From assembly GCF_001194135.2 (NCBI RefSeq), contig NC_068989.1, positions 48,733,139-48,797,138 on the forward strand: 64,000 bases of DNA. The letters run 5' to 3'. Within the stretch, counting starts at the first letter, position 1. Every line of letters starts with the position of its first letter. Below are positions 1 to 11,663 of this stretch, piece by piece. Below the pieces are notes generated by a model. That model was not told the origin of the DNA and made no database searches. It saw only the letters and a program-made list of their open reading frames with translations. Source of the DNA: Octopus bimaculoides (taxonomy: Eukaryota). A program made the position numbers and the translations under genes.

Positions 1-764
1 ATACACGAAGAAAACAAATACCTATTAATTAATGGATATTCCTGAGGTGGAATGAACAAGTACAAAATCTAATTTTAATACAAAACTGACGGCATTTTAA
101 CTGCTGGAAGTTTTTAATTTTCTCCTTTACATTTCCTCATATTTTGTTTTATTGTTTCTTTTATTTTTATTCTAAAAGAAAATTTTCTTTAATTTTCTCT
201 CTCTCTCTCTTGCAAAACTGTGCAAACATTCAACATTTTCAGTTGAGATTGGAATCAATGTCTCACAAAAATTAGAACAATATTAACAGCAGACATATTG
301 GCAACTCTTTTCCTGAGATCGGTTTGGCTGCTCCAGGATGCAGGCAACATGACATTTTAATAATCATATGGAGATATGCTGAGGAACTCTAAGACTGCTG
401 CCTCAACTTTCCCCTCAACAGCATGCATTCATCCTTGTATTGTTCTCTTAGATTATGTCTTCAACAATTCTTTTTATTCTTAATTAAAATAATGAGCATT
501 AAGGAACTCATTTCTTCAATTATACCAGGGAATTCTTCTCTATTCTCAGGAAATAGTAAGAGCCCATTGAAAACCATTATTCTAAATGAAACAGTGAAAT
601 GGGAATTGATTTCTAACTAAAGTAGAGTTCTGATTATTTGACCATATCATCCATTGCTCTAGTTTAACCAAAAAAAAAAACCCAGTTATAATGAAATCTC
701 ACATTACTCAATACTGTTCCAGGTACATTCTTTCATATGCTTACCTCCATACAGAAATGTATGT

Positions 765-1345
765 ACATGGAGGTGAAAACTCGGCTGTGTGGTTAAGCAG
801 TTTGCTTCCCAACCACATGATTTCAAGTTCAGTCCCATTGCATGGCACCCTAGGCAAGTGTCTTCTATTACAGGAGCCCCAAATCGACAAAAGCTTTGTG
901 AGTGAATTTAGCTGCATCTGTATGTGTGTGTGTCTTCTCGTTTAAACTTCCACACATCTGCAATATATCTCTGTTGATACATTTACAACCCCACCACACA
1001 TATTTGCATGTACAAACAGAAAAGAAAGTACCCATACATGTAGAAATTATCTATTTGAAGTTGATAAACCCTATAGCTTCTCAGAGCTTCTCATTCACCT
1101 GGATATGTGTGTGAGTGCATGGTATCTGTGTTGCTTTGTCTTGACATCACATGATAGTTGTAGGTGAGTGTCACTGTTATATAAGCAGTATCAATATTCT
1201 GCAAGAACATGCCTGGTTATGGGGAAATATCACCTTGCTTGAAAACAAGGGAGGGTTGGCAACAGGAAGGGGATCCAGCTGTAGAAAGTCTGCCTCAAAT
1301 ATATTCCTTCATACTCATGTGGTTGTTAATAGATGATGATGATGA
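765..1345 (+). mobile_element. tRNA-derived SINE head (family A) joined to an RTE-type (GAT)n tail, interrupted by unique sequence at about 930-1100
   Basis: Box A/B-like head (ggctgtgtggttaag...ttcagtcc) and CORE-like ccctaggcaagtgtctt at about 780-870. The tail gttggcaacaggaaggggatccagctgtagaaa...gatgatgatgatga at about 1254-1345 resembles the RTE 3' end at about 33.4 kb. Confidence 0.65.
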
Positions 1346-1386
1346 ATCTTATAAATGAAATTCTTTGCTTTATAGTCTTTTTCTAG

Positions 1387-1442
1387 GTTGAACTTGAATG
1401 TTGGAAATATCAGGTTGTGATATCTATTGACATCTACATCAG
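1387..1442 (+). other. Candidate 56-nt internal exon of an unidentified transcript
   Basis: Acceptor tctttttctag, donor CAG|GTAAGT. Only frame 0 is open (VELECWKYQVVISIDIYI). No homology recognised. Confidence 0.3.
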
Positions 1443-1633
1443 GTAAGTTTCTGCTCTTGGCTCTATTAACAATGGACTTAGACTTTTGTGGTGTGAGGAT
1501 AAAATTGATCCCACCATTAGCTTTATATCACAATATTCTCTGGAGGTCTTGAGTGGGAACAGTGTGTTGGCTAGGGGAAGCTTGTGACTGCTAGTAAATT
1601 CTAAAAGACGCAGGCTATAATCTACCTTTCTAA

Positions 1634-1636
<3 letters not shown>

Positions 1637-1672
<36 letters not shown>
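1637..1672. repeat. (ATT)n microsatellite
   Basis: Direct reading of the sequence. Confidence 0.95.
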
Positions 1673-1673
<1 letters not shown>

Positions 1674-1811
1674 TAAAACATTTTGATTCAATCCCATGTG
1701 GCTTAAAGTTTCAGAGGCTTATCACCTAGCTCATTGGGCCTGATGAGCTAGGCTCTTTTAGGGAGCCTAAAAAATTTAAACTGTACAGGACCAAATCAAA
1801 ATGCTTTAGAC

Positions 1812-2219
1812 AGGCATGGCTAGTAAGAAGCTTGCCTCTCAACCACATGGTTCCAGGTTCAGTCCCAGTGCGTGACACCTAGGGCAAGTGTCTTCTACTA
1901 CAGCCTCAGGCCAACAAAAGCCTTGTGAGTGAATTTAGTGGACAGAAACTGAAACAAGCCTGTCATATACGTATATATACATATATGTGTGTGTGTGTGT
2001 GTCTTTGTGTCTGTCCTCTAGTTTGGCTTAACAACTGCTGTTGGTGTCATTATGCCCCTGTAACTTAGCAGTTTGGCAAAAGGGACTGATAGAATAAGTA
2101 CCAAGTACCATGCTTAACAAAAATAAGTACTGGCGCTGATTCATTCAACTAAAAATTCTTCAAAGCAGTGCACCAGCATGACCACAGTCTGATGACTGAA
2201 ACAAGTAAAAGACAAAAGA
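1812..2219 (+). mobile_element. Family A tRNA/CORE-like SINE (about 400 bp, central TA/GT microsatellite, GTAAAAGA-type tail)
   Basis: Collinear with the reverse complement of 7453-7852: head ccacatggttccaggttcagtccc, CORE-like cctagggcaagtgtctt, tail gactgaaacaagtaaaagacaaaaga. Resembles described octopus OR-type SINEs; family name not verified. Confidence 0.85.
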
Positions 2220-2316
2220 TGTAACTCCTTTTAAATGTATTGAGTGCTTTCTTTTGTTTGTCCGTTCACTTATGTGTGTGTGAGAGATCATCATCATCAC
2301 TTAACATCCGTTTTCG

Positions 2317-2364
<48 letters not shown>

Positions 2365-2512
2365 CAGAGAGAGATAGAGAGAGTGTGTGTGTGTGAGAGA
2401 GAAGTAGACAGAGATAGGCTGGTAGACAGATTGTGTTAGTTTGTTTGGTTGAAATTGTCAAGACAGAGCTGATATTTGTTACTTGTTTGATAGATACATT
2501 TAGAAATCATTT

Positions 2513-2990
2513 TCAAGGAAAATTTAGTCTTGTTGATTTTAAATTGTTGTGACAGTTTGCTCTGAGTGTTTGATTGTAGAATTGAAATATTTTAAGGAGA
2601 AAGCTGAACCGATGTCTCATCCTTGGCTGGGTTTTCAACTTGATACCATTTTGATGACATTCAATATCGATAAAATGGTCTCTGTGACACACATTGCACA
2701 TAATGTAAATGCTAATTCATTCATGCTTCCTGAAGAAAGAAATAAAATCCAGCAACTTGTAAGTGATTCTGGTAGCCAAGACCAATCATACTGTTTATTT
2801 TTAGCACAATTGATCTTTGCAAGGCTTCAATTTCGATAATATCTTCTTTGATATAAGATGGACTGTAAATAGCATCAATGTTTCAAGTAGGATCGAACCA
2901 AATGTAGACAAAAAGGTTGATGATAACATCTTTCTCTACTGATGGAAATGGCTTTAATCTCCCCAGCAGCACATTGTCTGCAAAACTTCA
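2513..2990 (-). mobile_element. Decayed CR1/Jockey-group LINE ORF2 C-terminal fragment
   Basis: Minus-strand translation across frameshifts gives LVRSYL.H..., then YSPSYIKEDIIEIEALQRSIVLKINSMIGLGYQNHL. This resembles the LVRxxLEY..WSP..K.DI..LE.VQR motif of CR1-like ORF2. Confidence 0.6.
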
Positions 2991-3007
2991 ATATAATTTT
3001 TTATTAG

Positions 3008-3125
3008 AGGGGAGAGAGAGAGAGGGAGGGAGAGAGAGAGAGGGAGGGAGNNNNNNNNNNGAGAGATTGAGTGAGAGAGAGAGAGGGAGGGAGAGAGAGA
3101 GATTGAGTGAGAGAGAGAGAGAGAG
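3008..3125. repeat. (GA)n/(GGGA)n microsatellite spanning a 10-N gap (3051-3060)
   Basis: Direct reading of the sequence. Confidence 0.95.
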
Positions 3126-3562
3126 CAGAGTTGTTTTCTTTGGTCACAGTTTCTAAATTAGATATGACTATTTTTGTTTTAATTCAATTACACTCACACA
3201 CATTGTTGAAGTTAAGATATTGTTTACTTTTCTAATATCTATCTCAATGTAAGAAATGAGTTGATATCATTTCAGAAAGGTTTCTCTGCATGTACATGTA
3301 CGTAGCCATACATATATGCACACAAATATAAACACTTTCTCTCACATATAAACACACACCATCTCTCTCTCTCTTTCTCCTCCTCTCTCTCATACACACA
3401 CACACACCACATAAGATTACAGTATATTTTGTTCCACTCATTTCAAATTTTAGCAACAAGATACATCCTCAGTTGCAGGTATCTTTTCACCACAATATAT
3501 TCAATTGAAAACTATTCATCAAGTATTGATTCTTTTTCTAATATTTCGTTAGAAAATAGAAT

Positions 3563-3628
3563 ACATCATCATCATAACCATCATTCTTCTTCTTCTTCTT
3601 CTTCTTCTTCTTATTATTATTATTATTA
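3563..3628. repeat. Compound (CAT)n(TCT)n(TAT)n microsatellite
   Basis: Direct reading of the sequence. Confidence 0.9.
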
Positions 3629-5012
3629 TAAGCACAATGTTTATTTTATATTTCATAAAAAAAAAATAATTTATAAAAACTAACTTTAAAAAAATGATGA
3701 AGTGTAATCAAAATTGTTTGACCTTTACTATAATGAGAAAATATAAAAATTTAGAATATCAAACTCTACAACCACAGCAATAAACCGGAATCACCAACCC
3801 AAGAATTTCTTTCAGTTAATCAAAAAGCTAATAAAGTTTTTATATTGAGGGCTTAATACAGTGAATTAGAGATCATTGTATGAAAATAAATTTTACCAAA
3901 AAATTTCTTCAAATTTCTTTTGATATTTGAGGAGGACAATGATGATGATGATGATGACGATAATAATAATAATAATAATAATGAAGAAATAAATGAAGAA
4001 AAATATTGTAAAAATGAAATGAGTTTAAAATATATCTGTATGAAAATAATGTCGAAAGGAAACTGAATGTAGTAGTAGTTGTAGCAGTGGAGGTGGTGGT
4101 GATAGTAGTAGTAGTGTTATGGTGGCTATTGTTGTGGGTGTAGCATTTGCAGTTTGTCAATGTTGGCTGCAATGGCTTGCTATAGTGACTGATTTGTTGG
4201 GGTTGTTGTTGTTCAGCTCCATGTCAACCCTGCAAATTTTATTATCAAAGGCATTGATTATTAGCCCTGTCTTTCTTTAGGCATAATATACCAAGGATTG
4301 CATAATTCAATGGTTTTAAAATGGTAGCATGAGATTTGATGAACGGTTAGGTGATATATAAAGCATGTCAAGCAACCACTCTGAGGACTCCCACATTATC
4401 TCATTGTTACTGTTTATTAGGCAGTGTAATAGTGGTTAGCTGTGGAAATGGCATGAGAATTAATGGTAATGTTAGTAGCAGCTAGGTGTAATGATGTTGA
4501 TGGTAGCAGTGACAATGGTCGTTAACAGTTAGTTATATAACCAGAGATGGTAACTGAGGGTAGATAGCTGATATTTGTGGCAGTAATAATGTAGTTTAGT
4601 ATAAGTTAGTTAGTTAGTTAGCAGGGTTAATGTTTGTGATAGTTGTAGTAATTATTATTGAAGAGAAAATGTCTTTACAGTGTGTTGTCATCTAATTTTC
4701 CTTCTGTACCAATTCTCATGTGTGCAAGCATCTCAATTTGTATAGAAGCAATAAAAACAGTATGAATGGCCAGTTCAACTTCCAATTTCTTATTCCTTAT
4801 AAATCTGAAGCTTCATGGTGTTGTAACAAATATTGTACCATTATTAAGATTAACAATGAAACTGAGCCTATAAAGATTAAAGTTTAATGTTTATGTATGC
4901 GTACACATTTCAAGTTAGCTTCATTATTCTTACCTGAAAAATTGGCTTATAACATATTCTATAGTAATATCCAGCTTTGTAATGTCATATACTAATTTTT
5001 CTATTTAGATCA

Positions 5013-5045
<33 letters not shown>

Positions 5046-5246
5046 CGTTTCTACTACAGGCACAAGGCCTGACAATTTTTAGGGGAGGGAACTAGTTGAT
5101 TATATTGAACCCTGTGTTTTACTGGTACTTAATTTATTGACCTTGAAAGGATGAAAGGCAAAGTTGACCTCAGTGGAATTTGAACTCAGAACATAGCGAC
5201 AGATGAAATAGCACTAAGCTTTTTGCCCAGCGTGCTAACAACTCTG
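5046..5246 (-). mobile_element. Family B tRNA-derived SINE with Nin-like domain
   Basis: Reverse complement of gagttcaaattcc...ctttgcctttcatcctttc.aggtcaataaattaagtaccag (Nin-domain-like), ending in ...gtagtagaaacg(ATT)n. Confidence 0.8.
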
Positions 5247-6642
5247 TTTCTATATGAAGCCTATTAATTAATAACTTAATCCTTATGTTATATTACTAAT
5301 TATTGTAGGTGATTTAGTTATTAATTTGGCGTATGAAATGATCTAACTAAATGACAGGTATATTGGTGTAGATAACTGACTGGACAGCATATCAGATAAC
5401 TAGTTGAAAGACTGGCAGTTTGTATCTTGTGTCTATAGTCAAGACTCTTAATTCTGAAAGTCTCAGTTCAGCTATCTGAAAATAGGCATTCTATAATAGA
5501 AACAGTTTTTTTTTTTACCCAAAGCAGAGGAATCACCACAAAACTGACAAGTAATTTGTAAGCTTGCATTGCAGAGTTCATCTTCAGCTGTATGAGTGTA
5601 GAGAAACCACTCCAATATCAAACACAGTCGAGAGTCCCCAAAGGAACATCACAACCCATTTTACCATTAACTTTTAAACTAGGGTCTTCATTATGAGCTA
5701 TGATTGATTGGTGCTATCTTAAAACATGAATACATTGGGCAGTTGCCCAAGGGCTCCATGGGTCAGGTCTAGGGGCCCAACACTAACCTATGGATGCTGT
5801 GGTGGCATATGAAAGGGCTCCAGTGCATTACTTTGTCAGTAGATTAGAGGGGTCTATAATTGGAGGGTACTAAGTTTTGGTTCTTCTTTTGTGTGAATAT
5901 TAGTCTTCAATATATACAAACATTTTCTAAGATCTAGAGGGTACATCTTACTTACTAGACCTTTAAAAAAGCAACTTCAAAATTTGCCTGAAATGTAAAA
6001 AAGAAAAAAATCTAAAATATAAGTATTTCATAAATTTTATGACATAAATATCTGTAATGTACTTATAAGGTACTTACTGAAGAAAGTTGGGTTAATGAAG
6101 AATTTTTTCTTATATTACCGCACAATAATAATAATAGTTATAACTCTTGTAAGTTAAGATGTACTAAAGAACAGTGGTTTCTGGATGGTTGCACTTCCTT
6201 GGGGCCATCATGAGCAAACAAGAGGAAAGAAATTATCAAAGTAGAACTACAGGGGCTCTGGATGTGAAGAAGATAAGGAGGTATCATGATTTTTTAGATA
6301 TAAAATATTTAAACCACATATAACACTTATATTTTAAACACTTTTATAAACAAATTAAAAAGCCCATCTTTGGAAGGAAGTTGCTGTTGTTAGCATTTCA
6401 TTCCTTATACCTGGTGGAGAAAGTGGTCCGTTAACAATCACTAGCTAAACAGGAAAGTAGATTACAACTATGTAAAAGGATAGACTTAAGATTCATTTAA
6501 ATCAAACTTAATGCATTTAAATTAGTAAAATCTCATCAAGCTCATGACAGCCATTAGTTTTCAATTATTAAATATTGATTTTGGAATATAATGATTTGTT
6601 GCATATCTCAAATTATCTTCCATGTTTATTTTTAATTTTATC

Positions 6643-6890
6643 TTAACCCTTTAACTGTGAAATTAAATTTCATGGTTATTCCAGCAGTGATGTTAAATAT
6701 CTACCAAAAATTAGAATCAGTATTTTCTGCAAGTCATGTTGCCTCAATAAACTTGACATATTTCAACAAAAAGTAGTTTCAAGTGTGACATTTCTCAACA
6801 AAAGATAGATTGATACATAAAACTGCTTTCTGCAGTTAAGGGTAATGAAATTTTGAGTAGATATATCTGATTTCTGCAGTAAAGGGGTAT
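6643..6890. mobile_element. Degenerate TTAA-type (piggyBac-like) MITE with a duplicated right end
   Basis: Left end TTAAccctttaactg. Right ends ctgcagttaagggtaa (about 6830-6845) and ctgcagtaaaggggta (about 6874-6889). Confidence 0.4.
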
Positions 6891-7010
6891 TGAATACAAA
6901 ATACTAATATATATATCTGTTGGATATGTTAACATCAGTGATAAAGCTAAAGAACATAAATTGTACTGTTTATTCTAAACCATATGCATTGTTATTTATA
7001 AATTTAATTT

Positions 7011-7417
7011 TTTATCTTTTACTTGTTTCAGTCAACAGACTGCGGCCATGCTGGGGCACCACCTTGAAGAATTTTTATTAAATGAGCTGACCCCAGTGCT
7101 TACGTTTTGAAAGCCAGGTACTTATTCCATTGATCTCTTTTGCTGAACTACTAGGTTACTGGGACATAAACACACCAACACCACTTGTCAAGCAGTGATG
7201 GATGACAAAGACAGACAGACACACACACACACACACATGTATGTATGTATATATGACAGGCTTCTTTCAGTTTTTGCCTAGTGAATTTACTCACACATCT
7301 TTGGTTGGCCTGAGGTTATAATAGAAGGTGCTTGCTCAAAATGCAGTGCAGAGGGACCGAACCTGGAACCATATGCTTGGGGAAGCAAACTTTTTTACCA
7401 CACAGCCACACCTGCAC
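7011..7417 (-). mobile_element. Family A SINE, older copy
   Basis: Collinear with 7453-7852 but more diverged, with many CpG-to-TpG/CpA changes. Confidence 0.85.
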
Positions 7418-7452
7418 CTAAAAATTGAACTCAGCAAGATTTGAAGACAGAA

Positions 7453-7852
7453 TACTCTTTTACTTGTTTCAGTCATTTGACTGCGGCCATGCTGGAGCAC
7501 CGCCTTTTAGCCGAGCAGATCGACCCCAGCACTTATTCTTTGGAAGCCTAGTACTTATTCTATCGGTCTCTTTTGCCGAACCGCTAAGTTACGGGGACGT
7601 AAACACACAGCATTGGTTGTCAAGCGATGTTGAGGGGACAAACACAGACACACAAACATACACACACACATATATATATACATATATACGACGGGCTTCT
7701 TTCAGTTTCTGTCTACCAAATCCACCCACAAGGCTTTGGTCGGCCCCGAGGCTATAGTAGAAGACACTTGCCCAAGGTGCCACGCAGTGGGACTGAACCC
7801 GGAGCCATGTGGCTGGTAAGCAAGCTACTTACCACACAGCCACTGCTATGCC
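7453..7852 (-). mobile_element. Family A SINE, young copy
   Basis: Full head, CORE-like segment, (CA/TA)n spacer and tail. CpGs retained. Near-identical to 9294-9684 and 47389-47810. Confidence 0.9.
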
Positions 7853-8815
7853 TAGAATGTAAAGAATTGGAATAAATATTACAATGTATTTTCCTGACAC
7901 TCTATTGTATTTCCCTGCCAACATTGCTTACTACAAATCTAAATACATTTTAATTATATAAATTCTTACCTTCTGTAATTTCCATAAAAATTTAACATAA
8001 GGGACACTAGTTCAGACATACATCTAAATGAGACATATGCTGAATAGGATACTATATAACACTATAGCTAATAAATCACTGCACAAAATTAGATTCAGTT
8101 TGATAGAAATAAAAATTTTTACTTGCATATTATGATTGTGTTGGGGTATTTGTGCAGCACCATTTAGTGGAACATGAGTTCTGAGCTACAAAAAGGTAAC
8201 AACTACTGCTATAGGGCAAGAAAGAAAGGTGATATTGTGAAATGATTAATTTTGTTTTGGTCAAACCACTTCAATTCTGCTGCTATTAACTTTCAGAAAG
8301 AAAGTAACATTACTTTGCTAATCGCTGATTTTTTCCCCTCTTCCCTAATGTATATAGCATGACTTAGATTTTAATTGCATGACATATAGCCAGTATTTAG
8401 AACTCCATGTGCATCCTTATACAATCAAAGTAAAAAAACATGCAAAGAGAACTTATGCAATATAGTTCAAGTTTCCTTTCACTGGTCTCTATAGTTAGAA
8501 AGATCACAGAGTACATAAAAAAAAAACAGACCTAGAGAGGTTCATAAATTATATAATTACGTCGTCTTACATATATTAGTCAGAGAATACAGCTGGGAAA
8601 GAGCACTTATATTTGGTACTCAATGTAATTTGGGGTTGGTAATTTTCCTTGATTGGTTCTATGTGGCAGTCTCTTGGGACTTTAAAATATATGTATGTAT
8701 TGTGTGTACTGTCACTTTGCATTCATTTAATTTTTATGTAATCTCTGACACTTTTTGTAATCTGCCCCTGTAATGACCCCTTAGTCTGTCATCCCTCATC
8801 TGTCACTCTTGAAGC

Positions 8816-8872
<57 letters not shown>
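8816..8872. repeat. (AAT)n microsatellite
   Basis: Direct reading of the sequence. Confidence 0.95.
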
Positions 8873-8877
<5 letters not shown>

Positions 8878-9082
8878 TTGTTATATTGGTGGTTTTGGCT
8901 GAAATAGTAAAGCAGCAGATGCAATGCTTTGAGTTCAAATCCTGTTGATATTGACTCTGTCTTTTGTCTTCTTGGGGGTCAATAAAATAAGTAGCGGTTA
9001 AGTACCAGGTTGATTAAATTAATTATATTTCACCAATTTAAATGTAGTCTACCATCAATATTAGAAATTACTATTATAAGAT

Positions 9083-9293
9083 GATGAGCTGGCAGAATCA
9101 TTAGCATGTTGGATCAAATAGTGGTATTTCCTCTCTTTTCTATCATATGCTCTGAGTTCAAATTCCACTGAGGTTGACTTTGCCTTTCATCCTTTTGGGT
9201 TTGATAAAATTAGTATCAGTTGAACACTTGAGCCAATGTAATCAACTCACAACTGAAACTGCTGGCCTTGTGCCAAAATTTGAAACCCTTATT
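9083..9293 (+). mobile_element. Family B (Nin-like) SINE
   Basis: gagctggcagaatcattagc...gagttcaaattccactgaggttgactttgcctttcatcc...ggccttgtgccaaaatttgaaacc. Confidence 0.85.
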
Positions 9294-9684
9294 ACTCTTT
9301 TACTCTTTTATTTGTTTCAGTCATTTGACTGCGGCCATGCTGGAGCACCGCCTTTAGTCGAGCAAATCGACTCCGGGACTTATTCTTTGTAAGCCTAGTA
9401 CTTATTCTATCGGTTTCTTTTGCCGAACCGCTAAGTGACGGGGACATAAACACACCAGCATCGGTTGTCAAGCAATGCTAGGGGGACAAACACACACACA
9501 TATACATACATATATATACATATATACGACGGGCTTCTTTCAGTTTCCATCTACCAAATCCACTCACAAGGCTTTGGTCGGCCCGAGGCTATAGAAGAAG
9601 ACACTTGCCCAAGGTGCCACGCAGTGGGACTGAACCCGGAACCATGTGGTTGGTAGGCAAGCTACTTACCACACAGCCACTCCT
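9294..9684 (-). mobile_element. Family A SINE, young copy
   Basis: Near-identical to 7453-7852, with a (tactcttt)n tail on the plus strand. Confidence 0.9.
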
Positions 9685-9693
9685 TATTATTAT

Positions 9694-9853
9694 TGAGGTG
9701 ACAGAATCATTAGCACGCCAGGCAAAATGCTTAGCAGTATTTCATCCGTTTTTACGTTCTGAGTTCAAATTTTGCCAAGGTCAATTTTACCTTTCATCCT
9801 TCCAGGGTCAATAAAAAAAGTACCAGTCAAGTACTGGGGTTGATCTAATCGAC
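9694..9853 (+). mobile_element. Family B SINE, truncated at a MITE insertion
   Basis: Head and Nin-like domain present. Similarity stops at gttgatctaatcgac|TA. Confidence 0.8.
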
Positions 9854-10102
9854 TATAATGAACGGTGAGAATTTACCCTATATTTTCCGAAGGTGGCGAG
9901 ATAAACGTTTGTCAATGACCGTTTGGCAGAAATGAAATAATGTTGGTATGGATAACCAAATATATATATAGGAAATTAGCATAGTACGAGACAGGTAACC
10001 TCGTTCACTTCCTGTTAACGAGCAAGGCAGGTAATCTCGTTGACAAACGTTTATCTAGGCCACCTTCGGAAAATATAGGGTAAGTTCTCACCCTTCATTA
10101 TA
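9854..10102. mobile_element. Tc1/mariner-type MITE with about 64-bp TIRs and TA target duplication
   Basis: TAtaatgaacggtgagaatttaccctatattttccgaaggtggcgagataaacgtttgtcaa at 9854-9915 is an inverted repeat of ttgacaaacgtttatctaggccaccttcggaaaatatagggtaagttctcacccttcattaTA at 10040-10102. Confidence 0.8.
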
Positions 10103-10440
10103 TTATAGGTATACATAACACAGTATTTTCTCATGGCCAATTATATGTCACATTTTCAAGAGCATGAGCTATGAACAATATCAAAGAGTCATGACACTCA
10201 ATTGGGATAACAGACAAGGCCAAAAACGTGGTGTGACATACACACAAAATATTGTCTACCATAAAATACTGTGAGGAAGACCACCGCACCAGCTAGCATC
10301 ACCACCACACTAGCTGCTCCATCATTACACATCCACATTACATCTTTAAGATCAGGGAACCAGCTGAATCTCTCTCGGCATACCGGCAAACCACAAAATT
10401 GCACCAGCTAGCATCACCACTACCTCCAAGCCCGTCATAT

Positions 10441-10682
10441 GTATGTATGTATGTATATGTGCATGTGTTTGTGTCTGTCCCACCACCACCACCACCACCA
10501 TTGCTTGACAACCGATGTTGGTGCTTTTACGTCCCTGTAATTTAGCTGTTCAGCAGAAGAGACTGATAGAATAAGCACCAGACTTACAGGGAATAAGTCC
10601 AGGGTCAATTTCTTCGACTAAATGGTGGTGCTCCAGCATGGCCACCGTCATATGACTGAAACTAGTAAAAGAATAAAAGAAT
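10441..10682 (+). mobile_element. Family A SINE, 3' half
   Basis: ttgcttgacaaccgatgttggtg...ggtgctccagcatggcc...gactgaaactagtaaaagaataaaaga. Confidence 0.8.
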
Positions 10683-10854
10683 ACCAGGAAAACGTTCCGT
10701 ACCACTAAACCAAGAAGGTTCTTTGAATATGTACGATGTATTCTAAGGTTAAATAGTAATTCCGTTTACGTTCGTGTAACCGAGATATTTTGCTTGTATT
10801 ATATAGTCATTGGTGTTACATTACTTTCTATATTCTGTAACTGTCACAATATAC

Positions 10855-11000
10855 TTTTCTAGGCCTGAAATTCTTGTGGGGAGGGGGTCAATTGATTAGA
10901 TCGACATCAGTACACAACTGGTACTTAATTTATCTACTCGGAAAGGACGAAAGGTAAAGTTGACCTTGGTAGAATTTGAACTCAGAACGTAAAGACAGAC
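10855..11000 (-). mobile_element. Family B SINE, partial
   Basis: Nin-like domain in reverse orientation. Confidence 0.7.
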
Positions 11001-11114
11001 AATCATAATATACAAACATTTCTCATGGAACCAGCACACTGTTTACAGATGCTTACATTTTTTATGTTTTCCATGAATTTTTTACAGGTCCAGCTAGTTA
11101 TTATTATTATTATT

Positions 11115-11663
11115 GAGTGAGAGAGCAGGGCATGCCATCAAAGTGACACTGGGGTAAAATATACGAAGCCCAGTATACCCATCATGACTACCCGCCTGAT
11201 AAGGGTACACCAGGCACATGCATCACAACCATATGTGCGCAACATAGTGGTCTCATATCAAGATAAACATCGCATAACCTTGCAGGTGGGGCCCAGTTAG
11301 AATTTTCTTCAGGTCAAGTAGCCCATCCCGCTCAAAAGGTTCTAGAATAAAGGTTGTTTGAGGATGTCGAACGAAATACCCATGCTTCCAAAGGTGAATT
11401 ATCCAAACCCCAAAGAATTCCTCTCAACACATGGCTATGATGCTCCCCCACTACTTCTGCTCGTGATCAGAGATGCACATATTGTCAGCCACTAAGGGAC
11501 ATGCTCAACTGGTTAAGGTCAAGCAACTGACAAACAAATCTGTGGTATGGAGCAGAATATTAGCTGCAGCCCATCTTTTATACCAAGACAAAACAATGTA
11601 CATGATAACACTTCCAATCAGTTAAGATGAGAAGCCATGAAAGCCACTGCCTGGTGCTGCATC
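11115..11663 (-). mobile_element. About 550-bp non-coding interspersed element flanked on both sides by (TTA)n; possible 3' UTR or non-autonomous derivative of a TAA-targeting non-LTR element
   Basis: Complex, GC-richer block bounded by ttattattattatt (11101-11114) and attattattatt (11664 onward). No TIRs and no ORF. Strand is inferred from a presumed (AAT)n tail. Confidence 0.5.

Noticed and set aside
1722-1800. Hammerhead-like CTGATGAG followed by a hairpin
   Set aside because: No GAAA after the stem and no NUH cleavage site with matching stems. It is better explained as two small local palindromes.
3909-4660. His/Thr/Ser/Tyr-rich ORFs
   Set aside because: Translations of trinucleotide low-complexity DNA. 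The same holds for 3429-3683, 12600-12900, 52152-52502 and 61294-62190.
7425-7875. Recurrent ORFs such as FYLFQSFDCGHAG and KVPRSGTEPGTMWL
   Set aside because: Chance reading frames inside family A SINE copies; they recur wherever the SINE does.
8480-8815. Possible R4/Dong C-terminus and 3' UTR ending in (AAT)n
   Set aside because: Protein similarity is too weak to support by eye, although the position before a long AAT tract is suggestive.
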